Positions 1 through 9,548 of a DNA stretch of 31,498 bases are shown one piece after another. A model generated the notes under the pieces. It saw only the letters and a list, made by a program, of their open reading frames with translations. It had not been told where the DNA came from and did not search any database. The position numbers were made by a program, and so were the translations under genes. The stretch lies in the IMG/VR virus record IMGVR_UViG_3300006919_000245, positions 1 through 31,498 of that record; one strand, given 5' to 3'. This DNA is from a virus. Taxonomy: Duplodnaviria; Caudoviricetes. Numbering within the stretch: the stretch's first letter is position 1; the number at the start of each line of letters is the position of its first letter.

Positions 1-138
1 AATGAAAGACTTAGGAGATTGGGTGTTGATGATGGCGACATTGTGGGCTTTACTCCTGAGAGCGAGTATGAGTTTACTGTTGATGATGAGGTTATGTACA
101 GAGTTTTTGATAGTCAAATTTCATTGAAGCTGTCGTGA
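1..138 (+). CDS. C-terminal part of a GroES/Cpn10-like co-chaperonin-domain protein (5' truncated by the window edge)
   Basis: Frame 1 is open from base 1 to TGA 136-138: NERLRRLGVDDGDIVGFTPESEYEFTVDDEVMYRVFDSQISLKLS. It resembles the Cpn10 C-terminal pattern (V..GD.V.F....G.E..IDGE.Y). Not in the ORF track (<60 aa). Confidence 0.55.
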   Translation, partial: NERLRRLGVDDGDIVGFTPESEYEFTVDDEVMYRVFDSQISLKLS

Positions 139-287
139 AGTATGGCGGCAATTGGTGGGACGATGACGCTGTTTATAAAGCAGCCATCGAAAGAATTAAA
201 TTGAAAAAGAATGGACTCAAAGCAAGTCAGGGAAAGAATAATCCAAGCGGGTCAGGAAGCAGTAGAGCAACTGATAAAGGTCGCTAA
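135..287 (+). CDS. possible small hypothetical protein (50 aa)
   Basis: GTG at 135 overlaps the upstream stop (GTGA). It reads MKYGGNWWDDDAVYKAAIERIKLKKNG...KGR to TAA 285-287 and overlaps the next gene by 77 nt. Confidence 0.3.
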   Translation: MKYGGNWWDDDAVYKAAIERIKLKKNGLKASQGKNNPSGSGSSRATDKGR

Positions 288-486
288 GGAAGAAATCATT
301 ACAGGAGACCCCGAGGATGAGTTGGCTGCTGACAGGTTAAAAAACGCAGCAGCAACAAAGAAGCTTGCGATTTTTGATGCGTTTGAAATTATGAGTAGAA
401 TAGAGTCTGAAAAAGAAAGCTTGAATGAAAGCTCAGATAAAAAAGAAATCTCTAAACAAGGATTCGCAGAGAGAAGGTCTAAGTGA
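211..486 (+). CDS. putative terminase small subunit
   Basis: 91-aa helical, charged protein directly upstream of and overlapping the large terminase. A-rich start context (ttgaaaaagaATG). Call is mainly positional. Confidence 0.55.
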   Translation: MDSKQVRERIIQAGQEAVEQLIKVAKEEIITGDPEDELAADRLKNAAATKKLAIFDAFEIMSRIESEKESLNESSDKKEISKQGFAERRSK

Positions 487-2716
487 TTTGTATTCTGTTG
501 AAGACAATTATGTTTCTAACATAGTTATCTCAAACAAGAACAGAGGCTCCTCTTGGAAGTATGGTTACGACCCAAAGCATGACATGGTCGTCATATCCAA
601 GACAGGTCAGATAGGAGAGATTATAAACATATCAGGTCTTAAGATAGCCCTGCCTTTGGCTCCCAAAAAAGTTTGGGCAAGAAACAAAAAGAAAGAAGAG
701 CAGTATTGGGAGAGGCATGACATACCCAAGCCGTTAGATAAGATTCAATCTATCTTTCAGTGGAATGAGATGGCTGACGCATTTAAGTCTAAGTGGGTCG
801 ATTACATTGAGGGAGAGTTTGACAACCGAGAGAATGGTTTTTGGTTCTTGAACAATGGCAAGCCAACATACATCACGGGCTCTCACTATATGTACCTTCA
901 GTGGTCTTCAATTGATGTAGGGTATCCTGATTACCGAGAGGCGAACAGGATATTTTTTATTTTTTGGGAGGCGTGTAAAGCAGACCCCCGTTGTTTTGGG
1001 ATGGCCTACCTGAAGATTAGACGTTCGGGATTTTCTTTTATGTCATCTTCAGAGTGTGTAAACATGGCAACTCTTGCAAAAAATGCACGGGTTGGTATCC
1101 TGTCGAAGACAGGTGCTGATGCCAAGAAGATGTTTACCGACAAGGTTGTCCCTATTAGCTCTAAGCTTCCATTCTTTTTTAAGCCTATTCAGGATGGCAT
1201 GAACAAGCCAAAAACTGAGTTGGCTTACCGAGTTCCTGCCGCGAAGATTACCAAGAAGAATATGTCTGACTTCAGCCAAGAAGAGCTTGAAGGATTGGAC
1301 ACCACGATTGATTGGAAGAATACTGAAGACAACAGCTATGATGGAGAAAAGCTTATGCTGTTGGCGCATGATGAAAGCGGCAAGTGGCTTAAGCCAAACA
1401 ATATACTGAACAATTGGAGGGTAACAAAGACCTGTTTGCGATTGGGGTCTAAGGTTATCGGTAAGTGCATGATGGGGTCTACGTCAAATGCTCTTGACAA
1501 AGGAGGCTCCAACTTCAAGAAGCTGTATGAAGATTCTCGTCTTGATACAAGAAATAAGAACGGTCAAACGAGAAGCGGGATGTATGCTTTGTTCATTCCT
1601 ATGGAGTGGAACATGGAAGGATTTATCGACAGATATGGTGCGCCCGTGATGCGTTTAAGCACCATTAAGCCCGTCAGGGGCATTGATGATGCATATATCC
1701 ATCAAGGGGCGGTTGACTATTGGGAAGCTGAAGTAGAGTCTTTGAAGAATGACCCCGACGCGCTAAATGAATTTTACAGGCAGTTTCCGAGGACAGAGTC
1801 TCACGCATTTAGAGATGAGAGTAAAGCTGCAATTTTTAACCTCACCAAGATATATCAGCAGATAGATTACAACGACTCGTTTATAGAACAGCAGGTACTG
1901 ACAAGAGGCTCGTTCAGTTGGAAGGATGGTATAATTGATAGCGAGGTTGTTTGGAATCCCGACAAGCGCGGAAGGTTTTTAGTTTCTTGGATTCCGCCAA
2001 AGCATTTGCAAAACAGAGTAATAATAAGGAATGGACATAAGTATCCCGGTAACGAACACATGGGTGCATTCGGATGCGACTCATACGACATTTCAGGTGT
2101 CGTCGTCGGAAGAGGCTCAAACGGGTCTCTTCACGGACTCACCAAGTACCACATGGACGAAGGACCTGTCAATGAGTTTTTCCTCGAGTACATAGCGCGA
2201 CCACAAACAGCGGAGATATTTTTTGAGGAGGTTCTTATGGCTTGCGCTTTTTATGGTATGCCCATATTGGTTGAGAACAACAAAGCCCGCTTGCTCTATC
2301 ATTTGAAGAATAGAGGCTACAGGCATTTTTCAATGAACAGACCTGATAAGGTTTATGCCAAGCTTTCTAAGACAGAGAAAGAGTTGGGCGGCATACCAAA
2401 CTCATCTGAAGATGTGAAGCAGGCACACGCTTCTGCTGTTGAGTCTTACATCGAGAAGTATGTGGGTTTTGATTCTACGGGTAAGTATAGAGACCCTGAC
2501 GAGATGGGGGAGATGAGATTTATCCGTACATTGGAAGATTGGGCAAAGTTCGACATCAACAACAGGACGATGTTTGATGCGACTATAAGTTCGGGCTTGG
2601 CTATTATGGCGTGTCAAAAACATTTGTACACACCACAGAAAGAGAAGGCGAATAAAATAAGCATTAAATTTGCAACTTATAGTAATACGGGTTCCCAAAG
2701 TTCTATCAATAGATGA
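425..2716 (+). CDS. terL: terminase large subunit
   Basis: Walker A-like LKIRRSGFS, Walker B LLAHDESGK, coupling motif MGSTSN, RQFP, and RNase H-like nuclease start AFGCDSYD. Precedes the portal. Start uncertain (ATG 425 or TTG 488). Confidence 0.9.
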   Translation: MKAQIKKKSLNKDSQREGLSDLYSVEDNYVSNIVISNKNRGSSWKYGYDPKHDMVVISKTGQIGEIINISGLKIALPLAPKKVWARNKKKEEQYWERHDIPKPLDKIQSIFQWNEMADAFKSKWVDYIEGEFDNRENGFWFLNNGKPTYITGSHYMYLQWSSIDVGYPDYREANRIFFIFWEACKADPRCFGMAYLKIRRSGFSFMSSSECVNMATLAKNARVGILSKTGADAKKMFTDKVVPISSKLPFFFKPIQDGMNKPKTELAYRVPAAKITKKNMSDFSQEELEGLDTTIDWKNTEDNSYDGEKLMLLAHDESGKWLKPNNILNNWRVTKTCLRLGSKVIGKCMMGSTSNALDKGGSNFKKLYEDSRLDTRNKNGQTRSGMYALFIPMEWNMEGFIDRYGAPVMRLSTIKPVRGIDDAYIHQGAVDYWEAEVESLKNDPDALNEFYRQFPRTESHAFRDESKAAIFNLTKIYQQIDYNDSFIEQQVLTRGSFSWKDGIIDSEVVWNPDKRGRFLVSWIPPKHLQNRVIIRNGHKYPGNEHMGAFGCDSYDISGVVVGRGSNGSLHGLTKYHMDEGPVNEFFLEYIARPQTAEIFFEEVLMACAFYGMPILVENNKARLLYHLKNRGYRHFSMNRPDKVYAKLSKTEKELGGIPNSSEDVKQAHASAVESYIEKYVGFDSTGKYRDPDEMGEMRFIRTLEDWAKFDINNRTMFDATISSGLAIMACQKHLYTPQKEKANKISIKFATYSNTGSQSSINR
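2665..2672 (+). promoter_or_regulatory. Bacteroidota-type -7 promoter element TAAATTTG upstream of portal
   Basis: Matches TAnnTTTG. Lies in the last codons of terL, 40 nt before the portal ATG. Confidence 0.4.
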
Positions 2717-5148
2717 AGAAGGTCATAGTTGATGTAAGCTCTACATCTTTTCCAAGTCAGTTTGTTTCTGATGCGGAAAAAGAAACTGATGAGTTTGGCT
2801 TACAAGTAGGTCAAGCAATACAGTACGAATGGTTCCGTAAAGATAACGGGGGATGTAGGTTTTACAATCAGCATGCGCATTTTCACAAACTAAGGCTTTA
2901 TGCTCGGGGCGAGCAGAATATTGGTAAGTACAAAAACGAGCTTGCTATTGATGGAGACCTCTCTTACTTGAATCTTGATTGGACACCTATTCCTATTATT
3001 CCCAAGTTTGTTGACATTGTTGTCAATGGAATGTCAGACAGGCTTTTTAAAATAAAGGCGTACTCTCAAGATGCCATGTCTCAGGCAAAACGAAGCAAGT
3101 ATCAGGACATGATTGAGGGGCAGATGGCTGCGAAGCCTGTCCTTCAGAGAGTTCAAGAGCTTACAGGTGTCAATCCTTTTGTTACTGAGCCTGATGACTT
3201 ACCTGAAACAGATGAGGAGTTGTCTCTATTTATGCAGCTCAACTATAAGCCTGCTATTGAGATTGCTGAAGAAGAGGCTATCAGTACCATCTTAGAAGAG
3301 AATGACCATTATCATTTGAGGAAGAGGGTAGATTACGACATTACAGTGTTGGGCCTATCTATTGTAAAGCATCAGTTTTTAATAAACTCAGGCGTTGAGA
3401 TTAGTTATGTAGACCCTGCGGATGTGGTGTATAGCTACACCGATGACCCATACTTTAAAGATTGTTTTTATTGGGGCGAGGTCAAGACAGTTCCCATGAC
3501 TGAGCTTATTAAGATTGACCCGACCCTTACTCCTGAAAATCTTGAGGAGATATCTAAGTACAGTCAGTCGTGGTATGATTACTACAATGTATCTCAATAC
3601 TACGAGGATGATATGTTTTTCAGAGATACTTGCACCCTCTTGTACTTTAACTATAAAACCACCAAGAATGTGGTTTACAAGAAAAAGATTACAGACAGCG
3701 GGAATGTAAAGATGATTGAGAAGGACGACCAATTTAATCCTCCGCAAGAAATGATGGAGGAAGGTCGTTTTGAAAAGGTAGAGAAAAAGATTGAGGTTTG
3801 GTACGATGGCGTTATGGTCATGGGTACAAACATCATGTTGAAGTGGGAGATGATGAAGAACATGGTTCGTCCTGACTCAGCTTCTCAGCACGCTTTGCCC
3901 AACTATGTTGCCTGCGCTCCTCGTATGTACAAGGGTAGCATTGAAAGTCTTGTTCGCAGGATGATTCCGTTTGCTGATTTGATTCAGCTTACGCACCTGA
4001 AGCTACAGCAGGTCATATCTCGAACCGTACCCGATGGTGTTTTTATTGATGCTGATGGACTAAATGAAGTTGACCTTGGTGATGGAGGCGCGTACAATCC
4101 TGAAGATGCTTTGAGGTTGTACTTCCAAACAGGTAGTGTGATTGGTCGAAGCTATACTCAGGATGGGGAATACAATCAGGCGCGAGTACCAATACAAGAG
4201 CTGAGCAAAAACTCAGGAGCTTCAAAAACTCAGATGTTGATTGCTAACTACAATCACTACCTGAATATGATACGGACAGTCACAGGTCTTAATGAAGCGC
4301 GTGATGGCTCAGACCCCGACCCGAGGTCGTTGGTTGGATTGCAAAAGCTTGCTGCTCTTAACTCAAATGTAGCGACAAGACATATTCTCGATGGCACGCT
4401 GTATATGTTCAAGAGAGTTTCTGAAGCTCTTACATACAGAATTGCAGACTTGCTAGAATATTCAGACTTTAAAGAACAGTTTACTAATCAAGTTGGAAAG
4501 TACAATGTTTCGATTCTTAATGAGATTAAAGACCTCTATATCTACGATTTTGGAATCTTCTTGGAAGTGGCTCCGGACGAAGAGCAGAAAGCTCAGCTCG
4601 AAGCCAATATTCAAATGGCTCTATCGAAAGGTGACATCAATCTTGAAGATGCTATCGACATTCGAGAGCTGAAGAATACCAAGCTTGCAAATCAACTGCT
4701 GAAGGTTAAGCGAATTAAAAAGCAGGAGCAGGAGGAAAAGATGCTTATGCAGAAGCAAGCTATGCAGTCTCAGCAACAGATACAATCTCAGCAAATGGCA
4801 GCACAGACAGCTATGCAGAAGATTGAGGCAGAGACCATGTCTAAGATGAAAGTCAAGCAGGCTGAGATTGCTTTTGAAATTGAGAAGATGAATAATGAAG
4901 CTCAGCTTAAGAGAGCTTTGATGGCTGAAGAGTTTAACTACAATGTTCGCTTGGCTGATATGCAGGGCAAGGCTCTTAGTGATAGAGAGCAGGCGAGAGA
5001 GGACGCTAAGGCTGATAGGATTAGTCAGCAGAACAGCGAGCAGTCTAAACTTATTGAGCAAAGAAAGAGCAATCTACCTCCAATCAACTTTGAATCTAAT
5101 GAGGATAGTTTAGATGGCTTTGACCTTGCAGAGTTTTCGCCAAGATAA
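2713..5148 (+). CDS. portal protein
   Basis: 811 aa, ATGA-coupled to terL. N-terminal LNLDWTPIPIIPKFVDIVVNG, later TGLNEARDGS, and a long Q/M/E-rich C-terminal coiled coil as in podoviral/crAss-like portals. Position between terL and scaffold/capsid. Confidence 0.85.
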   Translation: MKKVIVDVSSTSFPSQFVSDAEKETDEFGLQVGQAIQYEWFRKDNGGCRFYNQHAHFHKLRLYARGEQNIGKYKNELAIDGDLSYLNLDWTPIPIIPKFVDIVVNGMSDRLFKIKAYSQDAMSQAKRSKYQDMIEGQMAAKPVLQRVQELTGVNPFVTEPDDLPETDEELSLFMQLNYKPAIEIAEEEAISTILEENDHYHLRKRVDYDITVLGLSIVKHQFLINSGVEISYVDPADVVYSYTDDPYFKDCFYWGEVKTVPMTELIKIDPTLTPENLEEISKYSQSWYDYYNVSQYYEDDMFFRDTCTLLYFNYKTTKNVVYKKKITDSGNVKMIEKDDQFNPPQEMMEEGRFEKVEKKIEVWYDGVMVMGTNIMLKWEMMKNMVRPDSASQHALPNYVACAPRMYKGSIESLVRRMIPFADLIQLTHLKLQQVISRTVPDGVFIDADGLNEVDLGDGGAYNPEDALRLYFQTGSVIGRSYTQDGEYNQARVPIQELSKNSGASKTQMLIANYNHYLNMIRTVTGLNEARDGSDPDPRSLVGLQKLAALNSNVATRHILDGTLYMFKRVSEALTYRIADLLEYSDFKEQFTNQVGKYNVSILNEIKDLYIYDFGIFLEVAPDEEQKAQLEANIQMALSKGDINLEDAIDIRELKNTKLANQLLKVKRIKKQEQEEKMLMQKQAMQSQQQIQSQQMAAQTAMQKIEAETMSKMKVKQAEIAFEIEKMNNEAQLKRALMAEEFNYNVRLADMQGKALSDREQAREDAKADRISQQNSEQSKLIEQRKSNLPPINFESNEDSLDGFDLAEFSPR

Positions 5149-5150
5149 AC

Positions 5151-5158
5151 TACCTTTG
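5151..5158 (+). promoter_or_regulatory. Bacteroidota-type -7 promoter element TACCTTTG
   Basis: Exact TAnnTTTG in the 27-nt gap between portal and scaffold. Confidence 0.6.
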
Positions 5159-5175
5159 TACTTAAATCTAATCAA

Positions 5176-6267
5176 ATGAAAATCACATCAGTAAAAGAAG
5201 TGGATGGAGCAGGTAATAAATCTGCTGCTGAACTTGAGGAAAAGGCTATTGAAAAAGCACAGGCTGAGCATGAAGCCGAAACTAGTGAAGAGCCCCCTCA
5301 AGAAGTAGAAGAAACTCCAAGCCCAACCATTGAGCTTACTGATGAAAGCGTTCTTGAATATTTAGGGAAAAGGTATGACAGAGAGATAAGTTCATTTGAT
5401 GAGCTTGTGCAGACTCGTCAGGAAAATGAAGAGCTTCCTGAAGATGTCTCTGCTTTTCTGAAATACAAGAAAGAGACAGGCAGAGGGATTCAAGACTTTT
5501 TGAAAGTTCAAAGAGATATTGACTCCGTAGAGCCTGACACTATATTGCGAGATTACCTTTTGGCTACCGAAGAAGGAATTGATGCTTCCGATATTGATTA
5601 TCTGATGTCAGATTATTCGTATGACGAAGACCTCGATGACGACGACGATATTCAAAAGGCTAAGCTTGCTAAAAAGAAAGCTGTTGCTAAGGCTAGGAAA
5701 TACTTTGCCGAACAACAGGAGAAATACAAAGCTCCCCTCGAGTCGAAGGGGGTGGAGGTTGACCCTGCGGACAAAGAGCAGTACGAAGCGTATAAGCAAT
5801 ATGTTGAGCAGTCAAAGACGATTGAAGAAGAAAATGCTCGCAAGCAAGATTGGTTTTTACAAAAGACCAATGAGCTGTTTGGGCCTGAGTTCAAAGGTTT
5901 TGAATTTAAGGTAGGCGCAGACAAGAGCTTGACTTTTTCTCCCGGCTCTGCTGAAGAAATTAAGAAGTCGCAGCTAGACCCATCTACATTTATTGCAAAG
6001 TATTTGGATGACAAGGGAATGGTTTCGGATTCTAAAGGATATCACAGAGCGTTGGCTGTAGCTATGAACCCCGAGAAGTTTGCTCAGTTTTTTTATGAGC
6101 AGGGACAGTCGGATGCTGCTGATGGAACTATGCGTAAGATGAAAAACATTGAGATGTCTGAACGCAAGGCTCCTGAAGTTGGTGTAGGAAAGGGGGGAAT
6201 GAAAATCAGGGCCGTAAACCCTGAGTCTTCGCGAGGACTTAAAATTCGCAAGCCAAGAAATAGTTAG
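5176..6267 (+). CDS. putative capsid scaffolding/assembly protein
   Basis: 363 aa, very acidic, coiled-coil-like, with a basic C-terminal tail. Lies between portal and major capsid protein. Confidence 0.65.
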   Translation: MKITSVKEVDGAGNKSAAELEEKAIEKAQAEHEAETSEEPPQEVEETPSPTIELTDESVLEYLGKRYDREISSFDELVQTRQENEELPEDVSAFLKYKKETGRGIQDFLKVQRDIDSVEPDTILRDYLLATEEGIDASDIDYLMSDYSYDEDLDDDDDIQKAKLAKKKAVAKARKYFAEQQEKYKAPLESKGVEVDPADKEQYEAYKQYVEQSKTIEEENARKQDWFLQKTNELFGPEFKGFEFKVGADKSLTFSPGSAEEIKKSQLDPSTFIAKYLDDKGMVSDSKGYHRALAVAMNPEKFAQFFYEQGQSDAADGTMRKMKNIEMSERKAPEVGVGKGGMKIRAVNPESSRGLKIRKPRNS

Positions 6268-6288
6268 AAACTTTAAACTTTTGAAAAA

Positions 6289-7719
6289 ATGAGTGTACTA
6301 TCCACTCCCGGTTTTGATTTGCAGCCATCGGCTGTACAACAGGCTTTGTCAACAAACTACTTGACAAGTTTTGATTTTACTTCTCAGTATCTCCCTGATA
6401 CTTATGAGAAAGAATTTGAGCGTTATGGAAATCGCTCTGTATCTTCTTTCCTGCGTATGGTGGGTGCTGAGCTTCCTTCTATGTCCGACCAAATCAAATG
6501 GTCTGAGCAAGGTCGCTTGCACATTAAGTATACTGATGTTACTACTGCCACATTAACTACTGATAATGTTGCTGCTGTTCAGTTTACTGTCAATGATTCA
6601 GATGTTACTTCAGTAGGAGTTCGCGTAGGTCAGACTGTGATGATGACTCCAAATGTTGCAGCAACAGGTGTTAATGGGGACAAGGGAATTGTTACTGCTG
6701 TTGGAACAAGCACGTTTGATGTAAAGTGGTACGGAACAAGTAAGTGGTCCAATACAGGAGGTACTGCGAACAAGTGGAGCATGATGATTTATGGTTCCGA
6801 GTTCAAGAAAGGAACTGTGGGTATGACTACAGCAGTTCAGCCTGAGCCTGTCATCAAGGACAATAAGCCTATCATCTTGAAGGATTACTATGAAATCTCA
6901 GGTTCTGATATGGCTCAGATTGGTTGGATTGAGGTGACTACCGAGAATGGTGCTTCAGGATATCTGTGGTATCTGAAGGCTGAGCATGAGACTCGTCTTC
7001 GTTTCGACGACTACCTCGAGACTGCAATGCTTGAGGCTGTTCCTGCTGAAGCAAGCTCTGCTGCTGAAGATGTAGTTGGAGTAGATGGAGGAACAAAGGG
7101 TGTTTTCTACGAAGTAAACCTTGATGGCAATGTTTGGGGAGCAGGTAATCCTACCACTCTTTCAGACTTTGACACTGTTATTCAGCGTTTGGATAAGCAG
7201 GGTGCTATTGAAGAGAATGTCATCTTTATGAATCGCGAGTTCTCTTTTGCGATGGATGATATGCTTGCTGCTCAGAACTCTTACGGAGCAGGAGGAACTT
7301 CTTACGGTCTGTTTGACAATGACGAGAACATGGCTCTGAACCTTGGCTTTACAGGATTCCGTCGCGGTTATGACTTCTATAAGTCTGATTGGAAGTACCT
7401 GAACGACCCAACCATGCGTGGTAACATGGGAACAGGAACAGGTGATAATCTTAGCAATCAGATTACAGGTATGCTTGTCCCTGCCGGAACAACCACTGTG
7501 TATGACCAAGTCCTTGGTAAGAACGCCAAGCGTCCCTTCTTGCACGTTCGTTATCGCGCTAACGAAGCCGATGACCGTCGTTACAAGTCATGGGTATTGG
7601 GTTCTGCGGGAGGTGCTGCAACCGATAGCATTGATGCTATGCAGGTTCACTTCCTTTCTGAGCGTTGTGTCTGCACCATGGGTGCTAACAACTTCTTCCT
7701 GTTCCGTTACGGAGCCTAA
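6289..7719 (+). CDS. major capsid protein
   Basis: 476 aa, follows the scaffold and is followed by a strong terminator. Sequence (QYLPDTYEKEFERYGNR, WSEQGRLH, GYLWYLK, HFLSERC) is typical of capsid proteins of Bacteroidota podoviruses as I recall them. Confidence 0.85.
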   Translation: MSVLSTPGFDLQPSAVQQALSTNYLTSFDFTSQYLPDTYEKEFERYGNRSVSSFLRMVGAELPSMSDQIKWSEQGRLHIKYTDVTTATLTTDNVAAVQFTVNDSDVTSVGVRVGQTVMMTPNVAATGVNGDKGIVTAVGTSTFDVKWYGTSKWSNTGGTANKWSMMIYGSEFKKGTVGMTTAVQPEPVIKDNKPIILKDYYEISGSDMAQIGWIEVTTENGASGYLWYLKAEHETRLRFDDYLETAMLEAVPAEASSAAEDVVGVDGGTKGVFYEVNLDGNVWGAGNPTTLSDFDTVIQRLDKQGAIEENVIFMNREFSFAMDDMLAAQNSYGAGGTSYGLFDNDENMALNLGFTGFRRGYDFYKSDWKYLNDPTMRGNMGTGTGDNLSNQITGMLVPAGTTTVYDQVLGKNAKRPFLHVRYRANEADDRRYKSWVLGSAGGAATDSIDAMQVHFLSERCVCTMGANNFFLFRYGA

Positions 7720-7741
7720 GTGGAGGTTGATTTAAAAAGAG

Positions 7742-7767
7742 AGGGGGCACTTGTGCCCCCTTTTTTT
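7742..7767 (+). terminator. intrinsic terminator after the capsid gene
   Basis: AGGGGGCA-CTTG-TGCCCCCT stem-loop (7742-7761) followed by a T-run to 7767. An upstream A-tract could make it bidirectional. Confidence 0.9.
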
Positions 7768-7774
7768 ATCTTTG
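7767..7774 (+). promoter_or_regulatory. Bacteroidota-type -7 promoter element TATCTTTG
   Basis: Exact TAnnTTTG starting at the last T of the terminator U-tract, 16 nt before ATG 7791. Confidence 0.6.
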
Positions 7775-7790
7775 CTAAAATTTAATTGAA

Positions 7791-8543
7791 ATGAAAAAGA
7801 AACTTGCCCCTAAAGACAGGACATATAGGCTTCTGAATGGAGCTTCTCCTTTGTCTTACATTATCCCTACTCGCAACACTACAGCTTTTCCTTTACTTTG
7901 GTTTGATGACGAAAACAATGTCAACCGACCACTTCGTTATGCTATAAATCAGAAGTCTCCTTTTGAAGATGAGCAGGATGGCGAGGCTATTGTAAGACCT
8001 GTGGCTTTTGAAAACGGGAATCTTTATGTGCCAAAAACAAATCCTGTGCTTCAGGAATTTTTGGCGTATCACCCTCAGAATGGAATTGTGTTTGAAGAGC
8101 TTGACTTGGAGCGTAATGCGAAAGAAGAGCTTGACAACATGAACATTGAGGTAGATGCTCTGATTGCAGCTAAAGGGCTTTCGATTGAGGAGCTTGAGTC
8201 TGTAGGCCGTGTATTGTTTCAGCATGGCGTGCAGAACATGACATCGTCTGAACTTAAGCGTGATGTTCTTATCTATGCTCGCAATTATCCTCAAGAGTTT
8301 TTGAATATGCTTGAGGACCCCGACATGGACACTCAGTCTCAGGTACACATTTTCTTTGATGCGGGATTGCTTTCATTTAGAAAAGACAAGAAGGAAGTTT
8401 GGTATAGCACGCCAACAAATAAGAAGAAGATGTTGAATGTACCTTATGGTGAAGACCCTTACTATATGGTCACTCAGTTTTTCAAAACGGATGATGGTAT
8501 CGAAGCATTAAAAATGCTTGAGCATCATTTGGATGGAGAGTAA
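7791..8543 (+). CDS. conserved hypothetical protein, probably virion-associated
   Basis: 250-aa ORF between capsid and ring/adaptor genes, bracketed by two terminators. No motif recognised. Confidence 0.6.
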   Translation: MKKKLAPKDRTYRLLNGASPLSYIIPTRNTTAFPLLWFDDENNVNRPLRYAINQKSPFEDEQDGEAIVRPVAFENGNLYVPKTNPVLQEFLAYHPQNGIVFEELDLERNAKEELDNMNIEVDALIAAKGLSIEELESVGRVLFQHGVQNMTSSELKRDVLIYARNYPQEFLNMLEDPDMDTQSQVHIFFDAGLLSFRKDKKEVWYSTPTNKKKMLNVPYGEDPYYMVTQFFKTDDGIEALKMLEHHLDGE

Positions 8544-8548
8544 TTTAC

Positions 8549-8575
8549 AAGGGGCTTAGGCCCCTTTTCTTTTTT
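8549..8575 (+). terminator. intrinsic terminator
   Basis: AAGGGGC-TTAG-GCCCCTT stem-loop (8549-8566) followed by TTCTTTTTT. Confidence 0.85.
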
Positions 8576-8576
8576 G

Positions 8577-8584
8577 TATTTTTG
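8577..8584 (+). promoter_or_regulatory. Bacteroidota-type -7 promoter element TATTTTTG
   Basis: Exact TAnnTTTG immediately after the terminator, only 4 nt before ATG 8589. Confidence 0.55.
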
Positions 8585-8588
8585 CCTT

Positions 8589-9548
8589 ATGATAAATTCC
8601 GTAAGGCAGACCGTTTTATCTGTTCTGAACAAGAACAACTACGGATACATTACTCCTGCTGATTTTAATCTTTACGCCAAACAAGCGCAGCTAGAGATAT
8701 TTGATGAGTATTTCTATAGCTATAACAATCAGGTAAATAAGGAGAATGCTCGGAGGTCAGGAACTGACTACGCTCAAATAACAAAAGCACTTGCTGAAGT
8801 CATTGACACTTTTTCTGTGACCAATGCTTTGAAGAAAACATCATTGGGTGTTACTACTTTCAACAGCAATTTTTATTTGCCAAGCCCATCTACAACGGGA
8901 GATGATGAGTACATGATAAACAAGTTGATGGTCTATACCACTCAGCTTGCTACAGGCTCTGCGTCTGCTGTTGTTGTTGATAGCCTTAGAGATAGTACCG
9001 CAAACTTTGTATCGTCAGGTGTTTCAGTCGGAGACCTTGTTGTTAACTCTAGCGATGAAACTTTTGCTTATGTGACTAGCGTATCTGAGCTTACGCTAGG
9101 ACTTAGCTCTGACATCTTTACATCTTTGCCGAAGTCATACAGGGTGTATGACTCTGATTATGTGAAGCAGGCTGACAGGGTATCTCATGGAAACATTACC
9201 ATGCTCAACAACAGTTTGCTTACTAAGCCGTCTACTACATTTCCTGCATACACACAGGCAAACGAGCTGATTACTATTTATCCTCAAAGCATTGTCAATT
9301 ACGGTCAGGTTGTTGCTCAGTATATCAGATACCCCAAAGACCCTAATTGGACGTATAGCACTCTTACGGGTGATGAGCCTGTCTTTGATGGCACAGCTTC
9401 AGACTATCAGGATTTTGAACTTCCTCTTGATGATGAATATTCCTTGGTTTACAAAATTCTTCAGTATTCCGGGATGTCTATCAGAGAGGTTCAAGCAGTT
9501 CAGTTTGGTCAGGCTCAGGAGCAGGCTCAAAACATAAGTGAACAGTAA
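8589..9548 (+). CDS. head-tail adaptor/ring (tail tubular A-like) protein
   Basis: MINSVRQTVLSVLNKNNYGYITPADFNLYAKQAQLEIF...YIRYPKDPNW...DFELP resembles ring/adaptor proteins of crAss-like and related podoviruses. ATG 8589 is preferred over the track's TTG 8574, which lies inside the terminator tail. Confidence 0.6.
   Translation: MINSVRQTVLSVLNKNNYGYITPADFNLYAKQAQLEIFDEYFYSYNNQVNKENARRSGTDYAQITKALAEVIDTFSVTNALKKTSLGVTTFNSNFYLPSPSTTGDDEYMINKLMVYTTQLATGSASAVVVDSLRDSTANFVSSGVSVGDLVVNSSDETFAYVTSVSELTLGLSSDIFTSLPKSYRVYDSDYVKQADRVSHGNITMLNNSLLTKPSTTFPAYTQANELITIYPQSIVNYGQVVAQYIRYPKDPNWTYSTLTGDEPVFDGTASDYQDFELPLDDEYSLVYKILQYSGMSIREVQAVQFGQAQEQAQNISEQ

Noticed and set aside
436-446. terS-terL fusion by frameshift at TAAAAAAG
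   Set aside because: terL is in the +1 frame relative to terS, so a canonical -1 slip would not fuse them. Ordinary starts (ATG 425, TTG 488) exist.
7418-7735. Alternative-frame ORF suggesting a capsid C-terminal frameshift extension
   Set aside because: It extends only 16 nt past the capsid stop before the terminator, and no slippery site is evident.
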